50,273 nucleotides of DNA from Piedraia hortae CBS 480.64 (taxonomy: Eukaryota): assembly GCA_010093745.1 (NCBI GenBank), contig MU006033.1, positions 1-50,273 on the forward strand, read 5' to 3'. Below are positions 11,051 to 21,264 of this stretch, piece by piece. The stretch's first letter is position 1; every line of letters begins with the position of its first letter. Below the pieces are notes generated by a model. The model was not told the origin of the DNA. It saw only the letters and a list, made by a program, of their open reading frames with translations, and made no database searches. The translations under genes and the position numbers were made by a program.

Positions 11051-13288
11051 ATGTCAGGTCGTGCTGTCCGCGCCAATACAACGCGGCCTGCAAATTACTA
11101 CGCCACGCCCGGTGCCAGCTACGAAGCCACAGCTCCAGACGCTGGAAAGGAAAAACACCATCAGCCGCAGGAGCATGGCTTTTTCCCGGCCCTGCAGTAC
11201 TTCAGCGATGCCGTCGCAACACTGCCTCGCGAGTCGATCCGGCAGATAACGCAACTGAAGGAGGTCGAGGCGAAACTGTTTGAGTCGCAGGATCAGCTCG
11301 GGGTCATTCTAGACAGAATCAAAGCAATGCCTGATCCCCAGGCCCGCTGCCGTCCGGTCAACGGCCCAGAACGGTCGGCCACGAAACATTTTGGCAACGC
11401 AGAGGTAGCTATTAATGGAAAGTCGGCCGCTCAGGCCTCTTCCAAGGAATCGGCGACAGCGGGAGAAGTGGAGCAGACAACGGATGAGCAATCTCGGCGC
11501 CGGTTGTGTTTGGACGCGCGCACACTCGCGTGCAACATGTTCCCGGTGATGGAAGAGAAGAATATCGTGTTGGCTGAGGCGAATCGAGTGCTTTCTCAGC
11601 AGCTCATGCGCTTTGATTCGGTCCTCCCACACCTAGACGAAGAGATCAGCGAAGAAGCTCGTCTTGGCAGCTCAACCCATTGGGCTTACCGCACACAGAG
11701 CTCAAAATCCAAGGGAGCAGTCAGTGGAGATGCAGCCGCCACAAACACTCTGGCTGCGGCCGCCAATGCCATGCATGAGAACGACATTGCTCAAGCACGT
11801 CGCGATGGGGGTAGGGACCTCGCGCGAGAGAAGTCGGGAAGAGGCAAGCGCGCAGATGCCGATGCTGTTGAGGAAAAGCAGAAGAAGACGCCGGCCAAGG
11901 GTGGGAAAGCCAAGGCGCAAGCGAATGTGGCGGTTACTGCGACCACGGCGAATGGTGAGGTGAGCAAGAAGCGTCGGCTGGACAAATTCCCTGCAGCTCC
12001 GGCCATGGAGCGGTCAGTCAGCTCTACTACGGCGAGAGGAGGCAGACGGCGAGAGACGCCGCGGAGTACTCCCACAGTAGAGCAGCGTAGGAAAGCCCCA
12101 AAGCCAAGGGCGAAGAAGAAGTTGCCAGACTCATCTTTGCCTGCCAGCAGTCCCGTGCAGGCGGGAGTTCTTGGCAACAGCTTGGAGCGTCCGTCGACGG
12201 CTCTCACGAGGCCTAACACGAGTATGCCGGAGCTGAGGCATGAGCGACGTCCGTCAACTGCTGCTGCCCAGGTCGGCCCCTGTAAGCCCACGCCGGTAAT
12301 CGACGAAAGCACCAATCTCCAACAAGCTCATCCCACGGGTCCAGATGGTGCGCCTGAATTGAAGCCAAAGGAAGCTGCCGAGGTAGAAGGCAACGTTCCG
12401 CCGGAAAACACGTCAGGCTCAGATGGACGAGCATCAGGCACACCTGAGCCCGGCTCGGTGGCCATGGGACGAACACGAAGCGCTCGACGACGGCGAGGCC
12501 AGGCTGACGACAGTCTTTCAGAGCCTTCGTCAGTAGGCCGACCAAGAGCAGGGAGCAGTACCCAGCTAATTAGACAGCTGGCAGCGTTCAATCGTAGCCC
12601 TGTGCTGGATCAACGGGGAAACTCCCGCAATGCGGACGGACCGGTGATGCCCGATGCCGTGGTTGATGCTGGTGCTGCAAATGGAGGACACGAGGAGCAG
12701 ATAGCTAATCCAGAATGTCTTCCTTCCTTGCCAGATGGTGGCTCCGCGCCGCCCACCTCATCTGTGCCTGAAGGTGCCGGGGATCGTGAAAACGTTTCCA
12801 ATGGGGACTCCGTCACCTCCATGCCGGCGGCTCCGACCAACGCAAACGGGGGTGAACCTGATCACACCACACCTACCACCTCCGATAACAGCAACGACCA
12901 CAGCGACAGCAACAAGGACCATGTCGGTCTGGGCATTATGCTGCAGCCAGAGGGCGTTAGTCCGCCCACTTTGCCAAAAAGGGGCGAAGAGGAAGCAGAG
13001 GCAGCAGCCGAAGCCGAAGAAGATTCCGGCTCCGGCTCCGAGGGGCACGATCCCGACGATCCCAATGAACCAAAATACTGCTATTGCAACCGAGGCAGCT
13101 ACGGAGAGATGGTTGCATGCGACAACTCAGAATGTCCGCACGAATGGTTCCATCTGGAATGCACGGGGCTCCGCCATGCCCCTGCCGCAGACAAGTCATG
13201 GTACTGTGAAGAATGCCGGCCGCAATTTGAACAACCTCCCGCTACTAGACGGAGAAGAGCCCCCACTCGGGGTGGTGGTCGCCAATAA
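11051..13288 (+). CDS. ING-family chromatin protein (N-terminal ING helical domain, C-terminal PHD finger)
   Basis: N-terminal FFPALQYFSDAVATLPRESIRQITQLKEVEAK is the ING domain. C-terminal DPNEPKYCYCNRGSYGEMVACDNSECPHEWFHLECTGL...WYCEEC is an ING-type PHD. ATG at 11051 is preferred; the paralogue (Pho23 or Yng) cannot be assigned by eye. Confidence 0.9.
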   Translation: MSGRAVRANTTRPANYYATPGASYEATAPDAGKEKHHQPQEHGFFPALQYFSDAVATLPRESIRQITQLKEVEAKLFESQDQLGVILDRIKAMPDPQARCRPVNGPERSATKHFGNAEVAINGKSAAQASSKESATAGEVEQTTDEQSRRRLCLDARTLACNMFPVMEEKNIVLAEANRVLSQQLMRFDSVLPHLDEEISEEARLGSSTHWAYRTQSSKSKGAVSGDAAATNTLAAAANAMHENDIAQARRDGGRDLAREKSGRGKRADADAVEEKQKKTPAKGGKAKAQANVAVTATTANGEVSKKRRLDKFPAAPAMERSVSSTTARGGRRRETPRSTPTVEQRRKAPKPRAKKKLPDSSLPASSPVQAGVLGNSLERPSTALTRPNTSMPELRHERRPSTAAAQVGPCKPTPVIDESTNLQQAHPTGPDGAPELKPKEAAEVEGNVPPENTSGSDGRASGTPEPGSVAMGRTRSARRRRGQADDSLSEPSSVGRPRAGSSTQLIRQLAAFNRSPVLDQRGNSRNADGPVMPDAVVDAGAANGGHEEQIANPECLPSLPDGGSAPPTSSVPEGAGDRENVSNGDSVTSMPAAPTNANGGEPDHTTPTTSDNSNDHSDSNKDHVGLGIMLQPEGVSPPTLPKRGEEEAEAAAEAEEDSGSGSEGHDPDDPNEPKYCYCNRGSYGEMVACDNSECPHEWFHLECTGLRHAPAADKSWYCEECRPQFEQPPATRRRRAPTRGGGRQ

Positions 13289-14355
13289 TGTTTCTTCCCT
13301 GTTCTTCAACTACACCCCTCTTCCCCCAGGCGGGACCAGACAGGGGCGTTCGTGCAGCTTAATTCCCCATCCTCACCGGAATACCTATCTCTAACCTGAA
13401 TCTCCTAGCTCAGGATAAGATGAAATGTTGGAAATTGGTGGGAGCAGCTCGGTTACTGTATTAAGATGTGTTTCTGATGCATGAGCATCATTCATCCTCT
13501 AGATATATCGTCATCCGGCGTTGGGTATGATGTGCCAGGACACTGGAGGGATCGTTTTTGAGTGTACTGATAGTCAATTGGCGTATAGGGGAGGGGGGGA
13601 GTATGGTGTAGAGAGCCAACAGAATCCGTTTCTAATGTCATCGAAACTTCCCTCTCTCCCTTCTTTGTTTTACTCGTGATGAGTTGCAAGCTGACCGAAA
13701 GAGTTTGTACAAGTGGGTAGGGTATATGACTCGTATTCGTGCTTGCTGGAGAAGAAGGCAACGAACTAGCCTTGATGGGACCTGTCACTTGAGAGGTCTC
13801 ACATTAACGCCTTTCTAATGTTCGGGTAGGTTTGCTAGGTCAGGACTACGTCAACAGGGGTAAGCTGTTCATACGTCACTTACGGAAAGGCTCTGCCGAG
13901 CAGCCTGGATCGTTTCTCAATCAAACGATTGAATCACGTTGGTTGCGGGTTGACCTCATCAATCTGTCCCATGCTGTTGGGTTCTTACTTTGAGCTCAGC
14001 CTGAATTGGAAGATTGCATTCGGCGGACGTGGGTACGAAGCATGACTCGGTATGACTAATCGATAGCAAATTTTCAGTGGATGGAAGGTTACGTTTTCTA
14101 CCCCGTTCTAATTGTGTAGACATTGCTCATTCTATTCAGAACAGAAAGAAACAAGAATAGCCCGTTCGCCGTGACGCACAAGAACGTAGAGACCAAGCTC
14201 TCGGAAATGAGTCACCAGTGTCCCATGCTGAATTCCTAGTCACTTGCACAGCAATGAACATATATGATGTTCGTGCATCCTTTAGACGAATGTTGTTTAG
14301 TCGTCCTTGAGTTGAGCTGAAGCTTTTTCTTCATAAGTGGACATGCTATGGCAGC

Positions 14356-15753
14356 TCATACTCCCATCCCAACAAAACTTCGTCCAGCATACTCAACAGC
14401 ATGGAAAGGAATGACGAAAACGGGATGCACACATTCTACGGCATCCTGTCTCTCAAGCAAGAGCTCCTCGAGCTCTGCGTCTGTAGCTCCCCGAGCCGTC
14501 CATTGAAAAGCAGCGGGAAGATTCCTCGCCCCACTAGCATCCGAACCACCCACCCGAAAGTTGCACGTATTGACCGCCGCCGAGAGTCCGGCAAGAGAGT
14601 AACAGGTATGATAAGCATCTGGGTTGGCAGAGGGTTTATCCCGCATGCCACCCAATTTCGGCCTTGTAGACTGACAGCAGCAGAGGAGGTACCTAACCAG
14701 AGCGGAGCGGTTCCACAACACTCGATTTGAGGAGTCTTCCTGCGCTGCGGAAAGCAAACTCCAGCATCCGCCGACCCAGTGCGAATAACACGCATCAACG
14801 AGCTTGTTTGTGCGGCCCGCGAAGCCTCCCTCTCCGGTCTGCATGCTCGCCAACCAACGTGTCAAAGATCTGGTATCCAAAACTTTATTAATGCTCTCGT
14901 GCGGGGGGCCGTAGATGCAGAGGGTTGCGAGCCCGCAAAATGCATATGCTCCGTGCGGCTCGTTGCCTGGCGCCGCTCCCAGCCCTCCTTCGTACGACTG
15001 GCACTTTCCTATCCACTCGCCCAATTTGTCCGTGAATGTAGTCAGACCAGCGCTTCGCGCGGGTGCGCTTGATGGGAGTTCGAGAGGTAGATTCAACAAT
15101 GCAATGACTGTCATGGCGCAGTACGCGCCTCTGATGTCCTTCTCGGCGCCCTGTGCCACGCTGAAGCTGCCATCGCTTTGCTTCAGTGTGCCCAGCCATT
15201 CCCAAGTAGCTTTGCGGTCGATTAGTTCAAGGCCATGAACGCTGGCTAATGTCAGAACAGCGGCGTATGTGCATGCAACATGGCTGTACTGCCCGAATCC
15301 GCCGCCGAAACCGCCTGTGGGGTTTTGTATGGGTTGCAAGGTCGCCTGTAAGCGTTCGCGGTATGAGCTTATGTTTTCACCCAGCGTGCTCAGCGCGTTG
15401 AGGGTCCAGTATAGAAGCCAGGGTCGACTTGCATCAAGCATCTGGAAGTGTGATGGCAGGGTACCTAGCAAGGAGTGTATGTAGTGTATATGTTCCTCGC
15501 GCCGGAGATGGGGGATTCCGTATCTGTTCAAATTGCACGTTCGAATTGGGTTTTTCAGAAGTGGCAAACAGTCGCTAAGTGTCTGGAGGGAAGATACTGA
15601 TGACATGGTGCTGAGCTGGCGAGCGAAGAGGGAGAGGGCTTGTGGTTGGAGGTAATCTGGGATGATCTTGGGAGGCTCATCTTCAGAGTATACGCCTTGG
15701 ATGTGGATCTTGCTTAGTTGTTCCTCAACGCCGGCGCTGCGACTGGAAGCCAT
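14356..15753 (-). CDS. RAM1: Protein farnesyltransferase beta subunit
   Basis: Motifs LDASRPWLLYW, GGFGGGFGQYSH, DIRGAYCA, CQSYEGG, GFAGRTNKLVDACYSHWVGG (Zn-binding DxC) and RDKPSANPDAYHTCYSLAGLS; no introns needed. Confidence 0.93.
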   Translation of the reverse strand: MASSRSAGVEEQLSKIHIQGVYSEDEPPKIIPDYLQPQALSLFARQLSTMSSVSSLQTLSDCLPLLKNPIRTCNLNRYGIPHLRREEHIHYIHSLLGTLPSHFQMLDASRPWLLYWTLNALSTLGENISSYRERLQATLQPIQNPTGGFGGGFGQYSHVACTYAAVLTLASVHGLELIDRKATWEWLGTLKQSDGSFSVAQGAEKDIRGAYCAMTVIALLNLPLELPSSAPARSAGLTTFTDKLGEWIGKCQSYEGGLGAAPGNEPHGAYAFCGLATLCIYGPPHESINKVLDTRSLTRWLASMQTGEGGFAGRTNKLVDACYSHWVGGCWSLLSAAQEDSSNRVLWNRSALVRYLLCCCQSTRPKLGGMRDKPSANPDAYHTCYSLAGLSAAVNTCNFRVGGSDASGARNLPAAFQWTARGATDAELEELLLERQDAVECVHPVFVIPFHAVEYAGRSFVGMGV

Positions 15754-16839
15754 CTTGTGCCAAGGGAATCGGGTCTGGCGCTGATTGACCATCAATCTTG
15801 GTTAGTCGCGCAAACACTCCATCAAACGTCTGTCGTCGTATGAGATTGATGTTGGCGAACAATTCTGGAAGGCCCCGCTCAGCCCCCACCTTTCACCAAA
15901 CAATCCTATACCGATGACAGGTAGGTATGTGCCTGGGATCTAACCCTTCTACAAGTCTAGGAGCCCTATACCGAAACTGCAGTCAGGGCTAGGAATCTGT
16001 AATTCTTGCTTGATCCCCGATATGCTCGGTCACGTCTCTTTGGGGTCCCAAACAACGACGTCAGCAGGTGCCATGTCAAAACACTTTGACAGCCTTATCC
16101 CCACTAAAATCCATGCCGAGCATTATGGTGGCAACCGTCCTCCCCCACAGGATAATTAGGATCCTTTGATCCACACTGTCGACGAAACAACGGACGTAAT
16201 TGTTGTGAATATGCGATATATTACGCGCATATTAGTAATCGGCGCTCGGCTCTAGAATTGAAACGCGTTTTAACTAGTTTTCTGTAGCGACTTGTATGCA
16301 TACTGGTACACATCTACTCACAATCATAACAGTAATGTTTTCACGGGAAAAAGGAACAGTAAAGAACTTCTCGAAGCTAATAGGCAGGACCCACGCGGTG
16401 CAATTTGAAGAGCTAGGTTAGACGTGCGAGGTCGATCACCTCTGCTTTTTAGAGGGCAAAAGGGCTTCCTACTCAACAATCACGGTGCGGTGGCTATTAG
16501 GATATGTGAATGACAACAGTCAAACGTGGATACAGCAGCCAGTGAATATGGTCAACTGCCTGCCCTCCATCTTCGTATTTCGGGACGTTGAACGGCGTGA
16601 CAGTTGATAGCCACGAAGTGATCATCTTTAATTTATACGGCGAAACAAGGCAACCTCCCACGTACCAATAGGATGCCGCCGTGAAATTTGGGTAGGAATC
16701 CGCGCCATCTGATAGGCTACCGTTGTCGTCGCACCGGTAATCACGTGCGGCGTCCGTTGCATCCGCCTCAGCGGGCGAACGCTCCGCCGGTAGACCATGT
16801 CCCTGCCGCGCGCCTTCGCGGCCACGGAAGCATCGCAGA

Positions 16840-17931
16840 ATGGCGCGCCAGCATCGGCCAGTCGGGCGCGAGTCGCGCATCCCGTTATTCTCCATCTTCT
16901 ACAGCACAACTTACACAGTCCTCTACCTGCTCACCCTAGGCCTGCTGGCCATCACGCCCATCTCTGCCATCTGGTCCGCCTGGGAAGCGCGCGCGTACCA
17001 GTACATCCCCATGATCGGCAGCGCATACTTTCTCACCGCCGTCTTCGCCATCTTCATCTACTCGAGCCGCATCTACACAAACAGATCTGTCCTAGCAGGC
17101 GTTGGCAAGGGCTACGTGCCGGTGGAGGAGGGCGAGGTCGGCCCTGGTGTGCGCAAGATGATCATGCGACAGCTGGAGCGCAGCGTAGTGGTGGCCTGGG
17201 AGTGCACACCGCGCAATGTGCACGAGGAGATGAAACAGAGGGGCGGACAGCGAACGGTGGGTAACATTGTGCCCGTCAACCCGTCGTGCCCGCCCTGGGG
17301 AATCATAGAACACCCCGGCTGGAGCTCGCCGAGTCGATGTGCCGAAAACTTGAACCCGGATGTGCAGTTTGCTGAAGTCGTGGCCGAGCTGCCGAATCTG
17401 GTGGAAGCAAAGGCAGTGAGTCTGGCTACGACAGGGGGAGAGACGGATCCAGCCATGGTCGATGTGCTGCGGCGACCTCGGGGAATCAGTGTACGTGACT
17501 ACCTCCTTCGGCTCCATCAGCTCGGTCTAGTTGAGCAAGGCCACGACTTCCTCCCACAGTACGAGCACGCGCGCTTCTGTGCCCGGCCAATCAGCCAAGA
17601 AGAGTTTGCAAGTCTCATGGACTCTTTTTCCAGGCTTTTGGCCGGCATCTCAAGCCCGAGTCATAACATAATCACCCAGCTGCGGGAACATGGTACTGGA
17701 CGACGAGTGATCTCCAAGGCAACATCGAGTATCAGCCGCCGGTCTGTCTCTGCTGCCAGATCTGCCACGCCACGCATACCCTCGACGGAAACTCTGATCC
17801 GTCCACCGCCACCACTTTCCATGCCGAGCGTAGAGAGTTTCGACTCGGTCATACGCAGACCGCCAGACGACGACACGGCTTCACTGGCGTCGTCACTGAG
17901 CGCAGCCGGGTCCATTATACATAGACGGTAA
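16840..17931 (+). CDS. DLT1: Defect at low temperature protein 1-like membrane protein
   Basis: Two N-terminal TM helices (FYSTTYTVLYLLTLGLLAITP; YFLTAVFAIFIYSSRIYTNRSVL), then PWGIIEHPGWSSP, ELPNLVEAKAVSLA and YEHARF, as recalled for Pezizomycotina DLT1-like proteins. Confidence 0.7.
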   Translation: MARQHRPVGRESRIPLFSIFYSTTYTVLYLLTLGLLAITPISAIWSAWEARAYQYIPMIGSAYFLTAVFAIFIYSSRIYTNRSVLAGVGKGYVPVEEGEVGPGVRKMIMRQLERSVVVAWECTPRNVHEEMKQRGGQRTVGNIVPVNPSCPPWGIIEHPGWSSPSRCAENLNPDVQFAEVVAELPNLVEAKAVSLATTGGETDPAMVDVLRRPRGISVRDYLLRLHQLGLVEQGHDFLPQYEHARFCARPISQEEFASLMDSFSRLLAGISSPSHNIITQLREHGTGRRVISKATSSISRRSVSAARSATPRIPSTETLIRPPPPLSMPSVESFDSVIRRPPDDDTASLASSLSAAGSIIHRR

Positions 17932-18046
17932 TTGCCATGGACCAGGAGTTCAACCAGGATAAATAATGTACAGTAATGTATAAAGTATACTTTGACACGA
18001 TCAGGTCACCCAGCACAAAGTGTAGATTCGGAGGGGGAAACCTCTG

Positions 18047-19714
18047 CTATACGAGAACGTACAGTGCACACAACTGGTCATTGTCAGCACCAACATGTCA
18101 GAACGGAGCACGGAGTAAACTCACCAGACTTAGCCCCACAATCATCGATATCCAGAAGATAATATTGTTCAGCAGCCTCCTCTTCTTAACAAGCGGCAAG
18201 CGCTGAATCGCAACAAACGGAATCTGCATCATCATGAGCACGAATCCATATCCTCTAAATTTCCGCGTGATGCAGCCCATGATGAGTTCATGACCGAGGG
18301 CGGAGATGAAGAAAGTCACAGCCGTGGCTGTGGATTTGGACAGGTTCGAATTCCTCGACATGGAGTAGACATGGCGACGGAAGAAGTTGTGTACGGGAAT
18401 GTTCCACTCCCGGCTGAACTCGAGCCAGTCGCCGCTGTTCCACCAGTCGCTGTAAAAATGTCTATCAGCGAACCGCGTAATTTCGGCGAAGAAACCGAGA
18501 ATATATTCGAATATGACGAGGAAGACGAGTAAGAATGTCACCATAAAGGGAAACAGTAGCGCGCTGACCGTCTCTGCAAAGACGAGAGCGCGGTCGCTAA
18601 AGCTGTGTGTCTGTTGTAACCGGATGGACGACGACTCCAGCACGGGGAGGATGAACTCTTCCGAAGTAACAATAATAAGGAATACGCAGCCAAGCACGGC
18701 GAGGCCTTTGTAGAATATCTCCAGATACGACCGGCTCGGTGTCCGCGGGTATTCGAGCTCGTAGCAGAGCGTTGGGCAGAAGAGAAAGTCTACGAAATTG
18801 GTGACTGTCAGGTTCTGTGGATAAGTTACCCTGCCCAATGGAGAGGTTAGCTCCTCTGCCAATGCCGTACGCAGCTGTGCCACAGGAGGACGCTTGTCTT
18901 GCTCCTGGTTCTCGCCAGCTGAGCTTTGCGGACGGCTGATCTGTGGATAGCGGACTGCATCGTCCATAACAGTCTTAGGGCCAATGGGTCTGTCTAGCTC
19001 CTGTAGTCGGTTCAGAGTCGTCGAAAGATGGCCATTGTAGAAGGCATAAGAATGCAGCTTCATAAAAAGGGCCAGCGTGTGCAATATCAAGAACACCTGC
19101 GCTGTCCATGTCCAGCCTCGCAGAAACGGCCAGCTGATCCATAGACTCAGCCAGGCTGCCTGAAAAGCGCTCTGCACAAGCATGCCGCATCTGTTCCACC
19201 GTAGGATCCCGTTGCTCCTCTTGTATAGCAGATGTAGTGGCAAATCCAGCATCAAACTCGCACACATGGCCAGATCAGCCATGACCAACTCCCCGATATT
19301 CTCCACAAACAAAGGCCATTGCTTGAAAGAGAGCAGATAACCCGTATCTTTTAGGCTACGAAGCATAGCTGTGATCACCATGATAGCCAACCCGATCCAA
19401 AAGAGGACAAAGAAGCCACGAAAATTCGAATAGTCGCTCCGTGGGTCAAAGTACGATACCCGCGAGAAATATTCTACCGTTGGGAACAGACGTCGTTGTT
19501 GCCGAACATGGTGTCGGACAGCAGATGTAGCCTTGACAGATGGCGGAGCATCTTCAGGAGGTTCGGGCGTGTTGATGCCACTCAGCACAGGTGTGGACGA
19601 TGTGGATTTGGATGATCGCAGGTCTCCGAACGGGCTGTCCCCAGAGAGCATCATCGGCTTGCGAGCACGCGGGTGACGGAGGCCATTGTGCTCCATGTCG
19701 TTTGAGTTGTTCAT
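18047..19714 (-). CDS. ARE2: Sterol O-acyltransferase (MBOAT; ARE1/ARE2 family)
   Basis: Motifs FMKLHSYAFYNG, FCPTLCYELEYPRT, AEITRFADRHFYSDWWNS, WNIPVHNFFRRHVY and catalytic H in SALGHE. Terminal intron 18124-18074 adds last exon LCALYVLV* (18073-18047). Confidence 0.92.
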
Positions 19715-19934
19715 TGTTTAGAAATGAGCATTGCGAGTAAGTGCAACTTAACTGAAAGTTCGGCGCAGTTAAGGCATGTGGCTATGATAACTGCGCCGTG
19801 CTGTCAGTTTCAGCCTACATCTACCAGCTTCGTTCCGTCTATCTCGTTGTGCAGTGGCTACGCCACGCTGCCTGTTTTAGCCTACGATGTGGAACCAGTT
19901 TCGCTGTTTATTGCAACGGCAAAAAAAATGCAAA

Positions 19935-20053
19935 ACGTACAGCAGCGGGGATTCCCACGTGGTCACCCACCGTAGTACTAATCCGCCGGTTTGCAGCTTA
20001 AGTTCAGGAGAGCGGACGGGATCCTCTGTTCTCTGCAACCTATGGCCGTACGT
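19935..20053 (-). rRNA. 5S rRNA: Dispersed 5S rRNA gene
   Basis: The minus strand reads ACGTACGGCCATAGG...GATCCCGTCCGCTCTCC..AACTTAAGC...GATTAGTACTACGGTGGGTGACCACGTGGGAATCCCCGCTGCTGTACGT, about 119 nt with complementary ends. A T-run Pol III terminator follows (19920-19934) and TATATAA lies at about -25 to -30. Confidence 0.96.
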
Positions 20054-20139
20054 AATATACATGATATACATATTGCTTATATACCTCCACGAATCATGCA
20101 GCGACCTCTGCAGAACTGCAATCTGCACTTTTGCGCGCC

Positions 20140-20979
20140 ATGTTTCGCACACCCCACAAACGGCTCCTGGCCCTACCAGCAAAAATATCTCCACCTCTCC
20201 GAGCCACGCACACCAGCTCCGTCAACCATGAAGAGGTCACGCACTTCAACGCGCTCGCCTCCGACTGGTGGGATCCGCATGGCTCCAGCCGGCTCCTCCA
20301 TCTCATGAATCCCTGGCGACACACCTTTATCCGACAATGCCTGATCCATCAAGATCCCGCAACTAAACTACGATTCCTAGACGTTGGCTGTGGAGGAGGC
20401 ATCTTTGCCGAATCGGCAGCCAGGCTCCCACAGACCGAGAGCGTAATTGCCGTTGACCCGACACCAGAGGTCATCACAGTTGCCAAGAAACACCAAACCA
20501 TGGACCCCCTTTTGATGGAGCCGGGACGTCTGACATATCTGAACTCCACCGTAGAAGAACTAAAGCACGCGTCACCGCGATTCGACATCGTCACACTGTT
20601 TGAGGTCATTGAGCATATTCAACGACCTTCGCCGTTTCTCGAGACATGTCTTCGACATGTAAAACCCGGAGGTTGGCTCATTGGATCTACGATTTCGCGT
20701 CACCCGCTGAGCTGGTTCACGACGAAGTTTGTGGCGGAGGATGTACTAAGGTTGGTTCCAAAGGGGATGCATACTTGGGAGCAGTACATCCGTCCAGAGG
20801 AGTTGCGTGCGTGGGCCGCGAGTCAGCTGGAGCTGGATGCGTGGCACTGTATGGGTGTTGTGTATATCCCTGGCTTGGGGTGGAAGGAGGTAAAGGGTAG
20901 TGCGGATTATGGAAACTATTTCTTCGGGATGCGGAAGAGTCTTGCGAGTGTACAAGAAGATGTCATAGAGACAACGTAA
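20140..20979 (+). CDS. COQ3: Ubiquinone biosynthesis O-methyltransferase, mitochondrial
   Basis: Basic transit-like N-terminus, then SSVNHEEVTHFNALASDWWDPHGSSRLLHLMNPWR, SAM motif LDVGCGGGIFAES, FDIVTLFEVIEH and VPKGMHTWEQYI. Confidence 0.93.
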   Translation: MFRTPHKRLLALPAKISPPLRATHTSSVNHEEVTHFNALASDWWDPHGSSRLLHLMNPWRHTFIRQCLIHQDPATKLRFLDVGCGGGIFAESAARLPQTESVIAVDPTPEVITVAKKHQTMDPLLMEPGRLTYLNSTVEELKHASPRFDIVTLFEVIEHIQRPSPFLETCLRHVKPGGWLIGSTISRHPLSWFTTKFVAEDVLRLVPKGMHTWEQYIRPEELRAWAASQLELDAWHCMGVVYIPGLGWKEVKGSADYGNYFFGMRKSLASVQEDVIETT

Positions 20980-21264
20980 AAGCTTGGGCCTTCAGACGAT
21001 GTACTTGTCTGTGTTACATGTTGTAAAATTTGAACTTTGAATGACAAAGGCCACCCGATTGAGTTTTAAGGGAAATTGATAACCGGAGAAGCTAGTTTTA
21101 CAAAAACATCACAATGACTGGCTATTGTGGTATCGACCTTGCAACCCATACGCGAACGCTGCACTATCAAACACATTTGATGCGTAAGACATCATAGTCG
21201 TCGTTAGAATCATTACACTGTTTCCGACCCCTTGGTCTCCAGTGGCACGTCATTATTGCCTTCA

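Noticed and set aside
13800..14210. Scattered donor, branch and acceptor-like signals between the ING gene and RAM1
   Set aside because: I could not assemble a consistent reading frame or recognisable product.
16497..16895. 132-aa minus-strand ORF overlapping the DLT1 start
   Set aside because: It has no recognisable motif, overlaps a real gene head-to-head, and lies in GC-rich 5' sequence.
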